Source: Lama guanicoe
Lineage: Eukaryota
DNA length: 64,000 nucleotides
Direction: 5' to 3'
NCBI GenBank assembly: GCA_013239625.1
Contig: MU054391.1
Span: forward strand, 5,413,824 to 5,477,823
Positions 63,943 to 64,000 of this stretch are shown here, one piece after another. Position 1 is the stretch's first letter. Each line of letters opens with the position of its first letter. The notes beneath the pieces are model-generated. The model saw nothing but the letters and a program-made list of their open reading frames with translations. It had not been told where the DNA came from and did not search any database. Position numbers and translations under genes: made by a program.

Positions 63943-64000
63943 ACCAAGCTGAAGCCAAAGCGGGTCAAAGCCCTCTACAACTGCGTGGCCGACAATCCGG
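63943..64000 (+). CDS. ASAP2: ASAP2 exon ~27, truncated by window end; SH3 start: TKLKPKRVKALYNCVADNP
   Basis: gacacag|ACC...; ALYN variant of the SH3 ALYD motif. Confidence 0.95.

Overview
Mammalian genomic DNA. A tRNA-derived SINE of the camelid vic-1 type at ~7155-7288 suggests a camel or alpaca, and there is one 154-nt assembly gap. The whole window lies inside one + strand gene, ASAP2 (ArfGAP with SH3 domain, ankyrin repeat and PH domain 2). I traced 23 GT-AG coding exons by hand, equivalent to human exons ~5-27 (numbering from memory); the last is cut by the window end. They splice in consistent phase into 2455 nt (818 codons + 1 nt) with no stop, covering the BAR C-terminal half, PH, ArfGAP, ankyrin repeats, the Pro-rich region and the start of SH3. 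Introns hold old L1, L2, MIR, MER58, MER63 and MaLR fragments. Nearly all ORFs in the supplied track are spurious. I found no new multi-gene system. The most interesting signals concern splicing: (1) a 9-nt SRR microexon with neural-type flanks whose inclusion creates an RRxS site; (2) a candidate internal first exon (MGQSVNTITSNKPMC) that would give a BAR-less isoform; (3) a 135-nt cassette exon with three TGCATG motifs in place of a normal pyrimidine tract, plus internal decoy donors; (4) a triple NAG acceptor; (5) a strong CTCF motif.
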